A DNA stretch of 64,000 nucleotides, taken from the NCBI GenBank assembly GCA_951406725.2, contig OX597815.1, positions 180,544,001 to 180,608,000 of the forward strand, written 5' to 3'. The notes under the pieces are model-generated. The model did not search any database and was not told where the DNA came from. It saw nothing but the letters and a program-made list of their open reading frames with translations. Both the position numbers and the translations under genes were made by a program. This DNA is from Octopus vulgaris (Eukaryota). Of the stretch, positions 1-12,866 are shown in pieces. The stretch's first letter is position 1, and every line of letters begins with the position of its first letter.

Positions 1-249
1 AGTGTGAGTGTGTGTGTACTTACATATGCAAGTACTGTTTGTGTGCGTGACTGTATGCATATCCTAGCGCGTACGTAAGTGCAAGCACATGCTCCCTCCT
101 CCGCCACTTACACACATACGCGCTCTCGTATAGTGCAGTGAATCTATCATTTTATTCCAGTTTGTCTTACGTAAATATTTACGCTAAAAAATCTGCAGCC
201 AAATGATTAAAGTAATATTGAAACAACGCCCAGATGATACCACCCTCTA

Positions 250-635
250 TTCCTCCCTGACCTTCGTCGTCTAAGCTTCACGCATATGCAACCTAGAGAC
301 CTCACACCATATGCGCACTGATTATACGAACACAGGCCTTCTAAACAGCCTTCAATTGGGCCATACCAATCTCGTCTCTTTTAACGGCACAAAGACACTA
401 TCGCTCTACATCAACAACAAGAAACTACGACCTTCAGAGTCACCTCAAATGCTACATCTTATCATGACTGAGCATCTCTTCAAGTGGACATCGATGCTCA
501 GCATCACCAAATCTGCTTCATAAGGACTGGTTTTCCTCTATAGAGCTAGAAATATTTTCAAATCACAGCAATTACAAACTCACTGCAAACTCCAGATGGG
601 GGCGACGATGGTGTACCGTCTTCATAAATGGATAT
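250..635 (+). pseudogene. Degenerate CR1/Jockey-group LINE RT C-terminal remnant (5' part, interrupted by SINE cluster)
   Basis: Translation resembles the post-RT region of LINEs (NLVSFNGTKT..LYINNKKLRPSES..SITKSAS*GLVFLYRARNIF), with stops and frameshifts. Confidence 0.55.
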
Positions 636-639
636 TATT

Positions 640-1230
640 TTCTTTTCTACTCTAGGCACAAGGCTTGAAATTTTGGAGGAAGGGGCCAGTCGATTAGATC
701 GACACCAGTGCGCAACTGGTACTTATTTAATCGACCCCGCGACGGAATTTGAACACAGAACATAAAGACAGATGAAATACCTATTTCTTTACTACCCACA
801 AGGGGCTACACACAGACGGGACAAACAAGGACAGACAAACGGATTAAGTCGATTATATCGACCCCAGTGCATAACTGGTACTTAATTTATCGACCCCGAA
901 AGGGTGAAAGGCAAAGTCGACCTCGGCGGAATTTGAACTCAGAATGTAGCGGCAGACGAAATACCGCTACGCATTTCGCCCGGCGTGCTAACGTTTCTTA
1001 TTTCTTTATTACCCACAAGGGGCTAAACACAGAGGGGACAAACAAGGACAGACAAACGGATTAAATCGATTACATCGACCCCAGTGCGTAACTGGTACTC
1101 AATTTATCGACCTCGAAAGGATGAAAGGTAAAGTCGACCTCGGCGGAATTTGAACTCAGAATGTAGCGGCAGACGAAATACCGCTACGCATTTCGCCCGG
1201 CATGCTAACGCTTCTGCCAGTTCGCTGCCT
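640..1230 (-). mobile_element. Tandem cluster of SINE family B (Meta-domain-like body)
   Basis: Two to three head-to-tail copies of GGCGGCGAGCTGGCAGAAACGTTAGC...GAGTTCAAATTCC...GCCTTTCATCCTTTCGGGGTCGATAAATTAAGTACCAG; matches the copies at 3228, 9433, 14082, 23679 and 44752. Confidence 0.9.
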
Positions 1231-1231
1231 T

Positions 1232-1520
1232 GTTTTCATACAGGGATATTGGCAGCTGCTGTGGACATAGAAATCCTGGACTGAAACCAAAGAAAGGTCA
1301 TTCTGCTAATTGGCGCTCAGTTACTTATCGGTTCCAGTCCGTAGGCATACTGTTTCCTTGCTCTACCTTTTATACTGTTATTTCAGCGGCCTCTGTTCTT
1401 CGGAGATGGCTGGTCTTGCTCAACCTCTTCACACCACTTTGAGATTTACTCGTGGTTCGTCTTCTTGTCTATCTCACAAATCATGCGAAGGCCATGAGCA
1501 TAGTTCCTTTCTCTAATGGA
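1232..1520 (+). pseudogene. Continuation of degenerate CR1/Jockey-group LINE 3' region
   Basis: RHTVSLLYLLYCYFSGLCSSEMAGL resembles the LINE C-terminal 'RR.VASL..FYRY..G.CS.EL' region; collinear with 250-635. Confidence 0.5.
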
Positions 1521-2194
1521 AAGCAGTTACCCCTTTGTACACTTAAGCTAACACTTACACACACACACAGGCACATATAGAAAATCATCTCACTTATGCA
1601 CACACACACACACACACACACTCACAAACACACGCACACACATACCAGGTTGACTTTAAAGTTTTTCGTATTTCAAGCTTTAATTTATAATTCAAACAAA
1701 TTACATACGAAGAGTGTTTATTCATTAAAATGTATTCCATCATATTCTTTGGTCTGTTGCCATCGTTGTGCCAGAAGGGGAATTCCACGTTTACACCATT
1801 TTGGCTGGTGTAGAGGAAAAAGACACTTCCTGCACCCGTTTTGAACCTCGTTCACATTGTTGTACTTCCGTCTGTGCAAAAAATGAGCCATGGCTCAGAA
1901 AAGGTGGTAATCTAATGATGCAAGTTCTAGACTGTAACACAGAGGGGACAAACAAGGACAGACATAGGTATTAAGACTGTAAGCAGGGTGAGACAGCATT
2001 TCCAGCCCCTCAAGTTCCTCTTGGTCACATGAACAGCAGTGAGCGCTGGTGCATCGTCGTACTATAGGGATACGCGTCTGCGACTGACCAATTCCGGGTA
2101 GCGGGCTTTCAAATCATCGTATACTCACTGCAGACATTCACTCATCGTTGAGTCTGGTAATTGGTCAGTTCATGGAGAGCTTCTCGAAAAGTGT

Positions 2195-2520
2195 CTGTTT
2201 ACAAATCCGACCTTATAGTGGTGTCGATTAACGGTGTTTTATGAAGGATTAAGTTCTGCCGACAATGTCCGAGTGCTTGAGCTTGGCCGTTGTTCAGCCA
2301 TTTCAAGTAAGGCCTCATCTTCCACAACAAAGTGTCTCCCTTACTTTGGTTTGTCTTCGAGGCTGGTGTTACCTTCGTTGAAATATCTGAACCAGTTTTC
2401 TGCCACAGGTTCGTTGACATTTACTGGACCTTCCACACCATTAATTTCTTTTCTCGCTGCCCTTCTTCTCTGTTCTTTTTTTCCGCAGGTAGCGTAAAAT
2501 GGTTCTAATTGCGATATTTT
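2195..2520 (-). pseudogene. Mariner transposase N-terminal HTH fragment
   Basis: AARKEINGVEGPVNVNEPVAENWFRYFNEGNTSLEDKPK*GR matches the mariner 'WF.RF..G..SLED.PRSGRP' motif. Confidence 0.8.
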
Positions 2521-3227
2521 CACCATTCATTACAACATAGTTCCTTGAGAACTACGTTAAGGACACTTGTGTCTGTGAAGTGCACAGCTACTTGTACGTT
2601 AATATCAAACCTGACAACCAGTACTGGTGTGTTTACGTCTCCATAATTTGGCGGTTCGGCGGAAGATCCGATAGTAATTAAGTACTGGGGTCGATTCGTC
2701 CGACTTGAATTCTTCATGGCGATGCCCCAGTAAAAATATCTCTTAAGAGTGGGGAAGCCAAACCGCTATGTTCACTGTTATATGGATAAATCGCCTTTTC
2801 TTTTATATATTCTTCGCAATAAAACTATTGGCATTATAGGTAAAAAAAAAAAGAAAAGAAAAAAAAGCCATTCTAATATAAAGTTCAGTTCATGAAAAGA
2901 CTAAGTTCCTTTGCTGTCGCATTAAGCTGTCTGCAGACGGAACAAGATTAAAAGCAATGTTTATTTAAAAAAACCAAAAACCATGTCAAATATGACGTTC
3001 CCTCTGTGCGTTTTTGTTTACGTTCGAGAGAAAAATATGGATGAATGAAGCTGGGGTACATTAAAGGATTGACACCCATGCAGTTTGAAAAAATGAAGTC
3101 TTGTTTGTTTAGGACATGTTCAGGTCCCGCTTAACAAGAACTTCTAGAACGAATCAAGGTTATATTTGTGGTAATTTCAGGAAGTTCGATGTTTATGATT
3201 CAGTATTTTGATATCAATCGAAATATA

Positions 3228-3463
3228 CCTTTCTTTATTAGCCACAAGGGGCTAAACACAGAGGGGACAAACAAGGACAGACATAGGTATTAAGTCGATT
3301 ACATCGACCCCAGTGCGTAACTGGTACTTAATTTATCGATCCCGAAAGGATGAAAGGCAAAGTCTTTCATCCTCGGCGGAATTTGAACTCAGAACATAAC
3401 GGCAGACGAAATACCGCTAAGCATTTCGCCCGGCGTGCTAACGTTTCTGCCAGCTCGCCGCCT
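3228..3463 (-). mobile_element. SINE family B, full length, with TSD
   Basis: Full match to the family; flanked by direct repeat ATCGAAATATACCTT (~3217 and ~3467). Confidence 0.92.
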
Positions 3464-3825
3464 TCGATCGAAATATACCTTTTAGCGATAATATTCGTTT
3501 GGTGTGGAACTAATGGAAGGTTGATGGAAAATAAGTAAATTTCAAAAGATGGTTCTGTGGTTCTCTGCTACAAGATGTTTTGAGCGTTTTGTCACAAAGG
3601 TTCAGGACGATGTTTATCGCATTATAAAATCATTAAAAAATATGGAATTTCAAATGCAATGAATGGTGTGTGGTGGAGAGAAAGAGCTGAGCGGGAGGAG
3701 GTTAGCGAAGGGGCCAAGCAAGAAGTAGGAACATCTTTTAGGCCCAATGCCGGTTTTTAAAATTTTATTTTACATCAGATGCTGAAAAGTGTTTACAGCA
3801 AGATCTTAAAGGGTTCTAAAATTTT

Positions 3826-4112
3826 TTCATTTTCATTTCATTTCATCTAGTTTCAGCTCACGAGCTGTGGCCATGCTGGGGCACTGCCATTCGGTGTTGC
3901 TACATGATTTTACTTCACGAATGCTTTTTAGCAATTGCCATTTGGTGGGTGCATGAGAGAGTTTGATGCAGCTGCGCTCATCTGCACCTCCTGCCGTGAA
4001 GTTGGTTCATCTGGGACACCTGACAGGAAGAGGTCCTGCTTTACTTTGAAGACATCTGCATCCACCCCATGCAGGTCTCTCAGGTCCTTCGGGAGGATAT
4101 TTGACCATGAAT
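3826..4112 (-). pseudogene. 3' end of a CR1/L2-group LINE
   Basis: NILPKDLRDLHGVDADVFKVKQDLFLSGVPDEPT..AAASNSL is a LINE C-terminus; 3' UTR ends in a (TGAAA)n tail. Confidence 0.75.
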
Positions 4113-4118
4113 AATTAA

Positions 4119-4490
4119 GAGTAGTAGTAGTAGTAGTAGGCATCCATCAGTCTCGAGAGGCCATGGATCTGCGCCCAAAGAAATCGTGTCAGCTGCTGAT
4201 GGTGGTGCAAGCATCTGTTGTGGCTGTAGAGGCCCGCACGGGAGCAGCGGTCACGCACACAGCAAATGCATCTGAAGGAGTTCTCTAGCGGCGCTGCTGC
4301 TTTTTCCTTCCGTCGAGTGCGCTTTTCTTTGATGGCGAGGACCCGTTTTCCTTCCGCTCTCTTCGCAGTAGTATTTGCTTCCAGTATGGGCAATCGTTTG
4401 CAACCTCTTCGCATCTCAGGACGTCCAGATCAAGCGACTTCAGATCTCTCTTAAAGACATCCTGTAAGGGGGATCGGCTACTGGCACAAA
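4119..4490 (-). pseudogene. 3' end of RTE-clade LINE
   Basis: QDVFKRDLKSLDLD..EEVANDCPYWKQ and C-terminal FRCICCVRDRCSRAGLYSHNRC, followed by a short 3' UTR and (TAC)n tail. Confidence 0.85.
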
Positions 4491-4548
4491 GGCAAAGGGA
4501 CGACCTCATCTTCGAACAATTAATAACAGCAGTATTAATGCCAAAAGA

Positions 4549-4819
4549 TAATATTTATCCCTTCTTGTAAGTGAATGTTGCGTTAGAACACAAAATACTG
4601 TGTTATTTTCTACGGGAGGACCTTTCATATGGACGTGTGGTGCATATAAGCACTCATGTCTATATCATTATTAATTATTTTCTACTAAGCTAATTAATAG
4701 CGATATAAACACGTGTTTATGCGCACTTCGAGTCCACATGAGAGGTTCTCTCGTAGTAAATACCGCAGTATTTTGTGTTCTAACACAACGTGCACTTTTA
4801 AGTGGGAATAAATATTAAG
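4549..4819. mobile_element. Degenerate palindromic MITE-like foldback element (~270 bp)
   Basis: TAATATTTATCCC...GTTAGAACACAAAATACTG on the left is reverse-complementary to CAGTATTTTGTGTTCTAAC...GGGAATAAATATTA on the right; imperfect pairing runs to the centre. Confidence 0.75.
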
Positions 4820-5358
4820 CAAAAATGTTTTTATCAGCAATAATAGAATATAGTTTTTAAGCAGAATTAACCTTGGAGTTGAAAATTTATAAAAATATTT
4901 ATAAATTAAGGCTTTAAAGTTACAGTATAGAAAGTTATTGAAGTCAATAAAATAACATCAAACATCTGTGGCTAAGAGTGCAATAATAATGCCAGTGTAT
5001 GTATATTCGATAAGCTTTAAATTGCCATTATTCCCAAGAACTTTGGCGTACGTTATCTTTCTCTATAGGTCAGCATTATAGCGTATCAGCGCAGCTATAT
5101 ACAAAAAGTGCAAATCTTGCACTTTATTTAAATGTTAGGGTAAACATTATTTTCTGTGACACCCGTCTGCCATAAATGCACGTATTCCTGTGTGTTCCTT
5201 ATTGTTTTATTAGGAAATATCACAGATAACACATTTAATTGTACTTGATCGTTTGCATTCATAGGCGTTCCGGTCAGGGTTGTATCAGCTGTAGGAAACA
5301 GCGTGTGATTTTATCTTATATTGATTGTATATTTATTATTACTGTTTTACTGTTTACT

Positions 5359-5878
<520 letters not shown>

Positions 5879-6261
5879 AGGCAGCGAGCTGGCAGAAGCG
5901 TTAGCATGCCGGGCGAAATGCGTAGCAGTATTTCGTCTGCCGTTACGTTCTGAGTTCAAATTCCGCCGAGGTCGACGTTGCCTTTCATCCTTTCGGGGTC
6001 GATTAAATAAATATCAGTTACGCACTGGGGTCGATATAATCGACTTAATCCGTTTGTCTGTCCTTGTTTGTCCTCTCTGTGTTTAGCTCCTTGTGGGTAG
6101 TAAAGAAATAGGTATTTCGTCTGCCGCTACGAGGTCAACTTTGCCTTTCATCCTTTCGGGGGGGGGGGGGGGTCGATAAAACAAGTGCCAGTTATGCACT
6201 GGGGTCGATGTAATCGACTCATTCCCACCTCCCCCAAGCTGCCCTTGTGGCAAAAATTTGA

Positions 6262-6262
<1 letters not shown>
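5879..6262 (+). mobile_element. SINE family B plus partial tandem second copy
   Basis: Full copy to ~6112, then re-entry at GTATTTCGTCTGCCG. Confidence 0.88.
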
Positions 6263-6297
<35 letters not shown>

Positions 6298-6863
6298 TAT
6301 TATTATTATTATTATTATTATTAAAAACAAATGAGTGCTTGGGTCGATTCATTCAACTAAAATTCTTCTCCGCGGTACCCCAACATGGCCACGGTCTAAT
6401 GACTGAGACAAATCAAAGATAAAGGATATAAAAGATTAAAGCCAGAGCTAGAATTGAAACTAAGAAGTGTCGAACACTCTTCATCATAGTTTTGTTCAGT
6501 CAAGCAGTAGCAGCAGCTACATTTATGTCAAGTCAACAATGGAAAGATTCTAAGCGGCCGCTCGACTAACTAGAAACAGTAACTGAGTTTCTCTTAAATC
6601 ATATTCTACTGTTCCAATTTAATGACAGATAGACTGGAAGATGGGCTGCAATATATCCCAAATCTCTATACTTAATAAACAAAAAGAAAACCGCACGGAG
6701 AGCTGCGTTTCCATCTATATATACATATATATATAAGGTATTGTTATCTTGAAGACTCAAAGAGTGGCAGTAATGTTAAGTAAGTGCTAAGGACAGATCA
6801 TAGTTAAACTCTTAGTTCGATCGTGATACGAGTGACGAGTTTAATGTGGGTCATATATTAGCC

Positions 6864-6910
<47 letters not shown>

Positions 6911-6914
<4 letters not shown>

Positions 6915-7459
6915 AAAAAATTAAGTTCGAAAATGCTGCTATATTATACAATTTTTAATTTTTATATATACATTATAACATGTTTCAGTTCCTGAAATGA
7001 ACCTTATCAAAAAAAGTTATATATAAAAAAAGACAGCTCATGCCGTCAAACACAAGAAATTCACTTATAATACACAACGGAGTCAGACATCTTAGAGTTC
7101 ATGTATAGTTGATATATAGTTTGAAGTAAGTTCATTCATGCTATATGTTCAAAGTGTTCGATGCAGTGGCCCACGGTGGCGATACGTATTCAATACAAAA
7201 AACAGATCAAAGTGGTGGAAAGCAGTCAATACAGAAGATTGATGTTTCCGAAAGAGCGAGGAATTCATTTTTACCTTAAGCAATTGTGATGACCCATGGT
7301 GGGTGTTCGCTGGGTGGTTCTAGTGAGTCTTGTGAAGTGCTCGGTTTTATAATGCCTGTTAGGTGGTCAGTCCAGCGTAGCGTGACGTCATCAACGTTTT
7401 GACCAATCGTTTCGTTAGGTGGCTTTAGTCAAGCAGAACGGGACGTCATCATCATTTTG

Positions 7460-7463
<4 letters not shown>
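6911..7463 (-). mobile_element. Probable PLE 3'/pLTR-derived fragment with degenerate HHR-like motif (6971-7020)
   Basis: Minus strand TTGATAA-GGTTC-atttcag-GAACT-GAAA-CATGT-T; bounded by (TA)n on both sides. Helix I is poor. Confidence 0.45.
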
Positions 7464-7521
<58 letters not shown>

Positions 7522-7888
7522 GCAAAGCCAAGGCTGTGAGGAGTTTTCAGGACATTTATAAGGAAAGAGATATAGTCTTACAGCTCTTTCCTTATAAATG
7601 TCCTGAAAACTCCTCACAGCCTTGGCTTTGCTATCTGTTCTTGTCTATATATACATACATGCATACATGCATACATACATGCATACATGCATACATACAT
7701 ACATACATACATACATACATACATACATACATGTATACTGGCTGAAACTTCGAAGTCCCTGTCAATTTTTTGATTAAGAAAGCTAAATTTGTACTCTGCA
7801 AAAGTATAGAATAACCCATTATATTTATGTAAAATTGTTTTTATTCTAATTGAACATAAAAACGAACATTAACACACACACACACGTA

Positions 7889-7965
<77 letters not shown>

Positions 7966-8602
7966 GTGTATGTGTGTGTATATTTATATATAAATGTGTG
8001 TGTGTGTGTGTGTATACATAAATACATACATAGACACATGTGTACGAAGATAAGACGATAAAGCAACAGATGGGTTTACATAAAGGGTGTGTGTATGTTT
8101 GCAGTGTTACAAAGAAAATTCTCACAGATGCATCGTGAGCCGTGTGTTCTGGGAGAAGTTGATTAAATAGCAGACTCGGTGTTCCTTTCAATGACGGTGG
8201 TCGACCATCATTGCTAAATAGCATGCACCGAAAATGTAATCACCACCATTTTAAGAATAGCTTGTTCATCTTCAAACACGACGGTGACACACTGAGGCTG
8301 TTAGGAAGTAATAAATTATCACATCAAACTCTAATTTGACAGCAACGCAATTAGAAGCGAAACCCTTTCTAAGTTGACAGGACACATTGTGCCTGTATAT
8401 ACGTATGTACCTACAGATCTACGTGTGTATGTATGTATGTATGTATGTATGTATGTATGTATGTATGTATGTATGTATGTATGTATGTATGTATGTATGT
8501 GCGTGTTTGTATGTATGCGTGTATGAATGTGTGTATGTGTATATATGTAAGTGTATGTATGTATGTATGTATGTATGTATGTATGTATGTGTGTATGTAT
8601 GT

Positions 8603-8792
8603 TTCTTCTATTTTTTTATTATTATTATAAATCTTCTACTGAGGAGGGAGCCGGTTTCCGACAAAGATACAAGGCTCCATCTTTGGGATGTAGTTAACAC
8701 AGACAAATTCACATTTCCAACTTGAGAAATGTCTTGCATATTTTTACTGTTCCACTCACAGATTGGACTTGTAATGTACGAATTATGAATGC
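8603..8792 (-). mobile_element. 3' end of R4/Dong-like non-LTR element
   Basis: Minus strand encodes LQVQSVSGTVKICKTFLKLEM*, homologous to QIQSITGTVKIFKTLQKFII* at 18980-19035. It shares the 3' UTR motif GAGCCTTG..GAAACCGGCTC. Confidence 0.75.
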
Positions 8793-8803
8793 AAGTGTGT
8801 ATG

Positions 8804-8865
<62 letters not shown>

Positions 8866-8974
8866 CATATATGTGTGTGTGTGTATTATATATATATGTA
8901 TGTGTGTGTATGTATGCTTGTATACATGCATGCATGTATGTATGTATGTATGTATGTATGTATGTATGTATGTA

Positions 8975-9045
<71 letters not shown>

Positions 9046-9087
9046 ATGTGTGTATTATGCATGCATGCATCTATGCATGTATGTATG

Positions 9088-9200
9088 TTATTCGGTTTCA
9101 TTTTAAGACTTCTTCCCAACAGAGAATGAGCCGGTTTCTAACCTAGACCCAAGCCTCCTTCACTGGAATTTCAACAACATCAACAAGGTGTTTGTGTACT
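9088..9200 (-). mobile_element. 3' UTR fragment of R4/Dong-like element
   Basis: TGTTGATGTTGTTGAAATTCCAGTGAAGGAGGCTTGGGTCTAGGTTAGAAACCGGCTC matches 19160-19220. Confidence 0.7.
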
Positions 9201-9432
9201 TGTCTTTGGGGATCAGTGAATGTGCAGATTTGAATGTTTTGTTTTACATATAGTAGTGCCATGCATATAGTTGCATTGCCAAATTTTTAGTAAATTATCT
9301 GTGGAACAAGTAAGATATTTATTTTAGTTCACATTTTGATAAACAAGGACCGAGTTGGTCAATAATTTTCCATGATCAGATCAGTGGTTTATAGTATTTC
9401 TGACTGCAGAAGTGAGAAGGCAGTATATGTTA

Positions 9433-9666
9433 AGGCGGCGAGCTGGCAGAAACGTTAGCACGCCGGGCGAAATGCGTCGCCGTATTTCGTCTGTCGTTAC
9501 GTTGTGAGTTCAAATTCCGCCGAGGTCGACTTTGCCTTTCATCCTTTCGGGGTCGATAAATTAAGTATCAGTTACGCACTGGGGTCGATGTAATCGACTT
9601 AATACCTATGTCTGTCCTTGTTTGTCCCCCTCTGTGTTTAGCCCCTTGTGGGTAATAAAGAAATAA
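9433..9666 (+). mobile_element. SINE family B, full length
   Basis: Full family match; TSD AGTATATGTT. Confidence 0.92.
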
Positions 9667-10232
9667 GTATATGTTGCCTGTATCATACCTTTATTAACAA
9701 TACTAATTCAACCTGAATCGATTCTCGAATCTTACTGGATTGTCATCAGAGGCGTCTACATCAATTTGATCAATCCCCAAATCTGATGAGATACGAGAAA
9801 AATTGCAGCAACTATAGAAAGCTAGAGCTAACTTGGTGTAGAACAAATATCGCAAGGGTTTTAATTTGAGAAACATTGGTTTTTGCGGCTAACTCGCCTA
9901 GGTTTAGATACTTTGGTAATTTGTGAACATATACAATTGTTCTTTTTTTTTTTTTTTTTTAGGTAAGGAAAAACACGCTACTGTGACAGGTTTGGCTGGA
10001 ATCGTTTTTGCACTAAAGAAACAGTTGAAGTGGTTATCGCGGCCTAAAGAATAGTTACATTTGAATAGAGGTGTTTGTGTGTATGGTGAAAAATGACTGC
10101 TTATGGGTTATTGATGTATTGAAATAAAGCATTGGAGATATAACTCGAATCCTGGTCTGAACCAGAAGTGACAGAATATGTATGAAAAGAATCTCGTTCG
10201 CACACACTGCGGTGGTGCAGAGTGAATTTTTG

Positions 10233-10593
10233 AAGTGATAGTATATTATCAACTTAATGTGACAGTCTCATAAAAGGGAAGAATGCTACTGTTATTTAAC
10301 CCTTGGAAACACCGTTTCCTGTTGGACTTGACATATATATATGTTTTCAAAGGCAGATAGGCATCGACAGCTAGCAAGCCATGCTACTCCAAACTGATGA
10401 TGAGCAATGTCTCTGAAACTAGTCTCTGAATGCTGGCTTTGCTAGTTGGAGGTGCTTGTCTCCACTTTGAAAACATAAGGACACAGGAAATGTGTCAAGT
10501 CCAACAGGAAACGGTGTTTCCTAGGGCTAAATAACAGTAGCATTCTTCCCTTTCATGGGACTGTCACATTAAGTTGACAACATGCTATCACTT
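10233..10593. repeat. ~360-bp foldback inverted repeat with HHR at apex
   Basis: CAACTTAATGTGACAGTC..GAAACACCGTTTCCTGTTGGACTTGACA is reverse-complementary to TGTCAAGTCCAACAGGAAACGGTGTTTC..GACTGTCACATTAAGTTG. Confidence 0.88.
10385..10432 (+). ncRNA. Minimal type-I hammerhead ribozyme-like motif (canonical core)
   Basis: CTGATGA-tGAG-caatgt-CTCt-GAAA-CTAGT-C: canonical core, palindromic helix III ACTAGT, GUC site; helix I is decayed. Confidence 0.7.
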
Positions 10594-11224
10594 TATCGTG
10601 CTGCTTCTGCATAAATCTCTCAGAGATTTAGAAATATATTATTTCTATTTTCAAAGAATAGTTGTAGCGAAGTGGCTTCGACCAGGAATTGAAAATACTT
10701 CGTCATATAGGTTTGCCAAAAGTTGTGCTCTTGCTCAGAACTACTCACCATTATCCTTGACAACACAGATTTACGAGCCTAACTTCGAAGACTTATACGG
10801 CCGCTCAACCTGCTGAAAGCAAACAAATATCCTTCAAACCAAAGCCTCCTCTTTCAAAATAGAAATGATGTATTTAATGTATGCTTGACAAAATATGGAC
10901 GGTCATGAGTGGAACGCCTTTGAACATAAGTCTATTCAATCAAAATTCACTTAATAATAAACAGTAACAAGAATATATAATTGTTTTTCAGCAGACAGAA
11001 AAGCTTTTTATGTTAGGGGAGCAATGAGAAGTGGGAAGGTCACACATTTCCGAAGTCGATTAAAAACATGAATTTAAATAGTCTCAACTAGGAATTGAAA
11101 CTGTGCCTCTAACTTACTTCTTCTCTTTTACTGTACAATGCTCACTACGGACGCGATAAATTTATTCATAAGACTGATTCTACAACCGATATGTTTAGTC
11201 TGTCAAGGAGATTCTATATCTTAA

Positions 11225-11531
11225 CTAGCAGTATCGCCCGGCGTTGATCGGGTTTGTAAGGGTAATAACTATATAAGCATTTTTAGAGAGTTACTTCCCT
11301 TATATAACCCGAGCAAAAATCATTAAAAATGCGGAAAAATGATGGTAATTTTTTTTTTTAATCGTAGACTCGTCGTAGACGCGCGCTAATACCCAGAAGG
11401 GTTTGATATGAGTGACGACTATAAGATACCCGCTTTTGATTAAACTGCACCGCAAAATGTGGGAGTAGTTAGGAATCTAAATCAGAGGAGACAGAGTCTC
11501 ACACACACAACTTCAATTTTATATATAAAGA
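11225..11531 (-). mobile_element. Non-autonomous Helitron
   Basis: Minus strand A|TC...CCCGATCAACGCCGGG hairpin...CTAG|T; no TSD; shares termini with 15098 and 26904. Confidence 0.85.
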
Positions 11532-11736
11532 TTTAATTTATTTTAACGGTTTAAGAAGAAGGAAAGTTAATAACAGTTATTGCTTAGCGCAATGACATTC
11601 CAGCTTTGTCAATCCTGCCTTTTTAAGGGTATGTGGTGATACATCAAGTAATGTCTTGTTTAAAATAGTCGCCGAGACTCGCAGGAAATTTGGCTACTCT
11701 ATTTTTGCGGGACAGTGGCTGCGAGAGTGCGCACGT

Positions 11737-11805
<69 letters not shown>

Positions 11806-11949
11806 ATGGCTGTCAACTCGGAGGACAAGCACGAGTTTCGTTGACAGATAAGCGTCAGCTATGCCCATGCGAGTGCGGCTTGCACAACACCACAGCAATT
11901 CTCCCTAGCAATACAAAGAAGCCCAGGGACAAGCCAATTGTAAGATATC

Positions 11950-12276
11950 TAGCTCAGTAGTTAAAGCGTCGGGCTTACGATCGTGAGGTTGTAAGTTCGA
12001 ATCCCAGACCGGGCTGCGTGTTGTGTTCTTGAGCAAGACACTTTATTTCACGTTGCTCCAGTTCACTCAGCTGTAGAAATGAGTTGCGACATCACTGATG
12101 CCAAGCTGTATCGGCCCCTTTGCCTTTCCCTTGGATAACATCAGTGGTGTGAAGAGGGGAGGCTGGCATGCATGTGCGACTACTGGCCTTCCATAAACAA
12201 CCTTGCATGGACGTGTGCCTGGGAAGGTAACTTTCTAGGTGCAATCCAATGGCCATTCATGACCGAAGGGGGTCTC
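11950..12276 (+). mobile_element. SINE family C (tRNA-derived, V/CORE-like body)
   Basis: TAGCTCAGTAGTTAAAGCG..GTTCGAATCCC head, then TTCTTGAGCAAGACACTTTATTTCACGTTGCTCCAG; similar to 21987, 27582 and 43775. Confidence 0.88.
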
Positions 12277-12303
12277 AGATATAAATATATATATATGATT
12301 CAA

Positions 12304-12498
12304 AATGTGACCGCGTGTGTGCCGTTGGCGATTTTTTTCCCTCTGTCTTCCCTTATCTGGATCTTTCCTTCTCCTATGTTTCCGACGAAGAGCTCGGCTC
12401 GAAACGTTAAACCCTCCTTCTTTCCTGAGCGTCCAATAATACTATATTTGTTCCACGTCCTCGCGTTGTTGTGTTTTTTTGTGCTTTCATGTTTGGAT

Positions 12499-12503
<5 letters not shown>
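12304..12503 (+). mobile_element. ~200-bp dispersed repeat (PLE pLTR-like) containing HHR-like motif at 12378-12412
   Basis: GTTT-CCGACGA-A-GAGC-tcg-GCTC-GAAA-CGT-T-AAAC; near-identical copies at 16915-17092 (-) and 58451-58654 (+). Confidence 0.8.
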
Positions 12504-12544
<41 letters not shown>

Positions 12545-12866
12545 CCTCTGCATTCTCTCATGATTTTCCATACAAGGTATTTAAAATGCAAAATTATATA
12601 TTTACATATGTTTTGCAGTTTTAATTTTGCTTGTGAAATGATACAATTGTAGGTGAATATAAATTAATTTGATCCATTAAATCTCTCTGTTTTCTAACCC
12701 GATAAAAATGTTTGATATTTTATGATATTTTATATAATACATCCACTGATACATATAATACATCTTCAAAATTTAATATATTAAACCAGTGTATCTTGGA
12801 TAAATATCCATATAAGTGGTTTAAATATCCTCTTTGTGACTATGTGTGTGTGTGTGTGTGTGTGAA

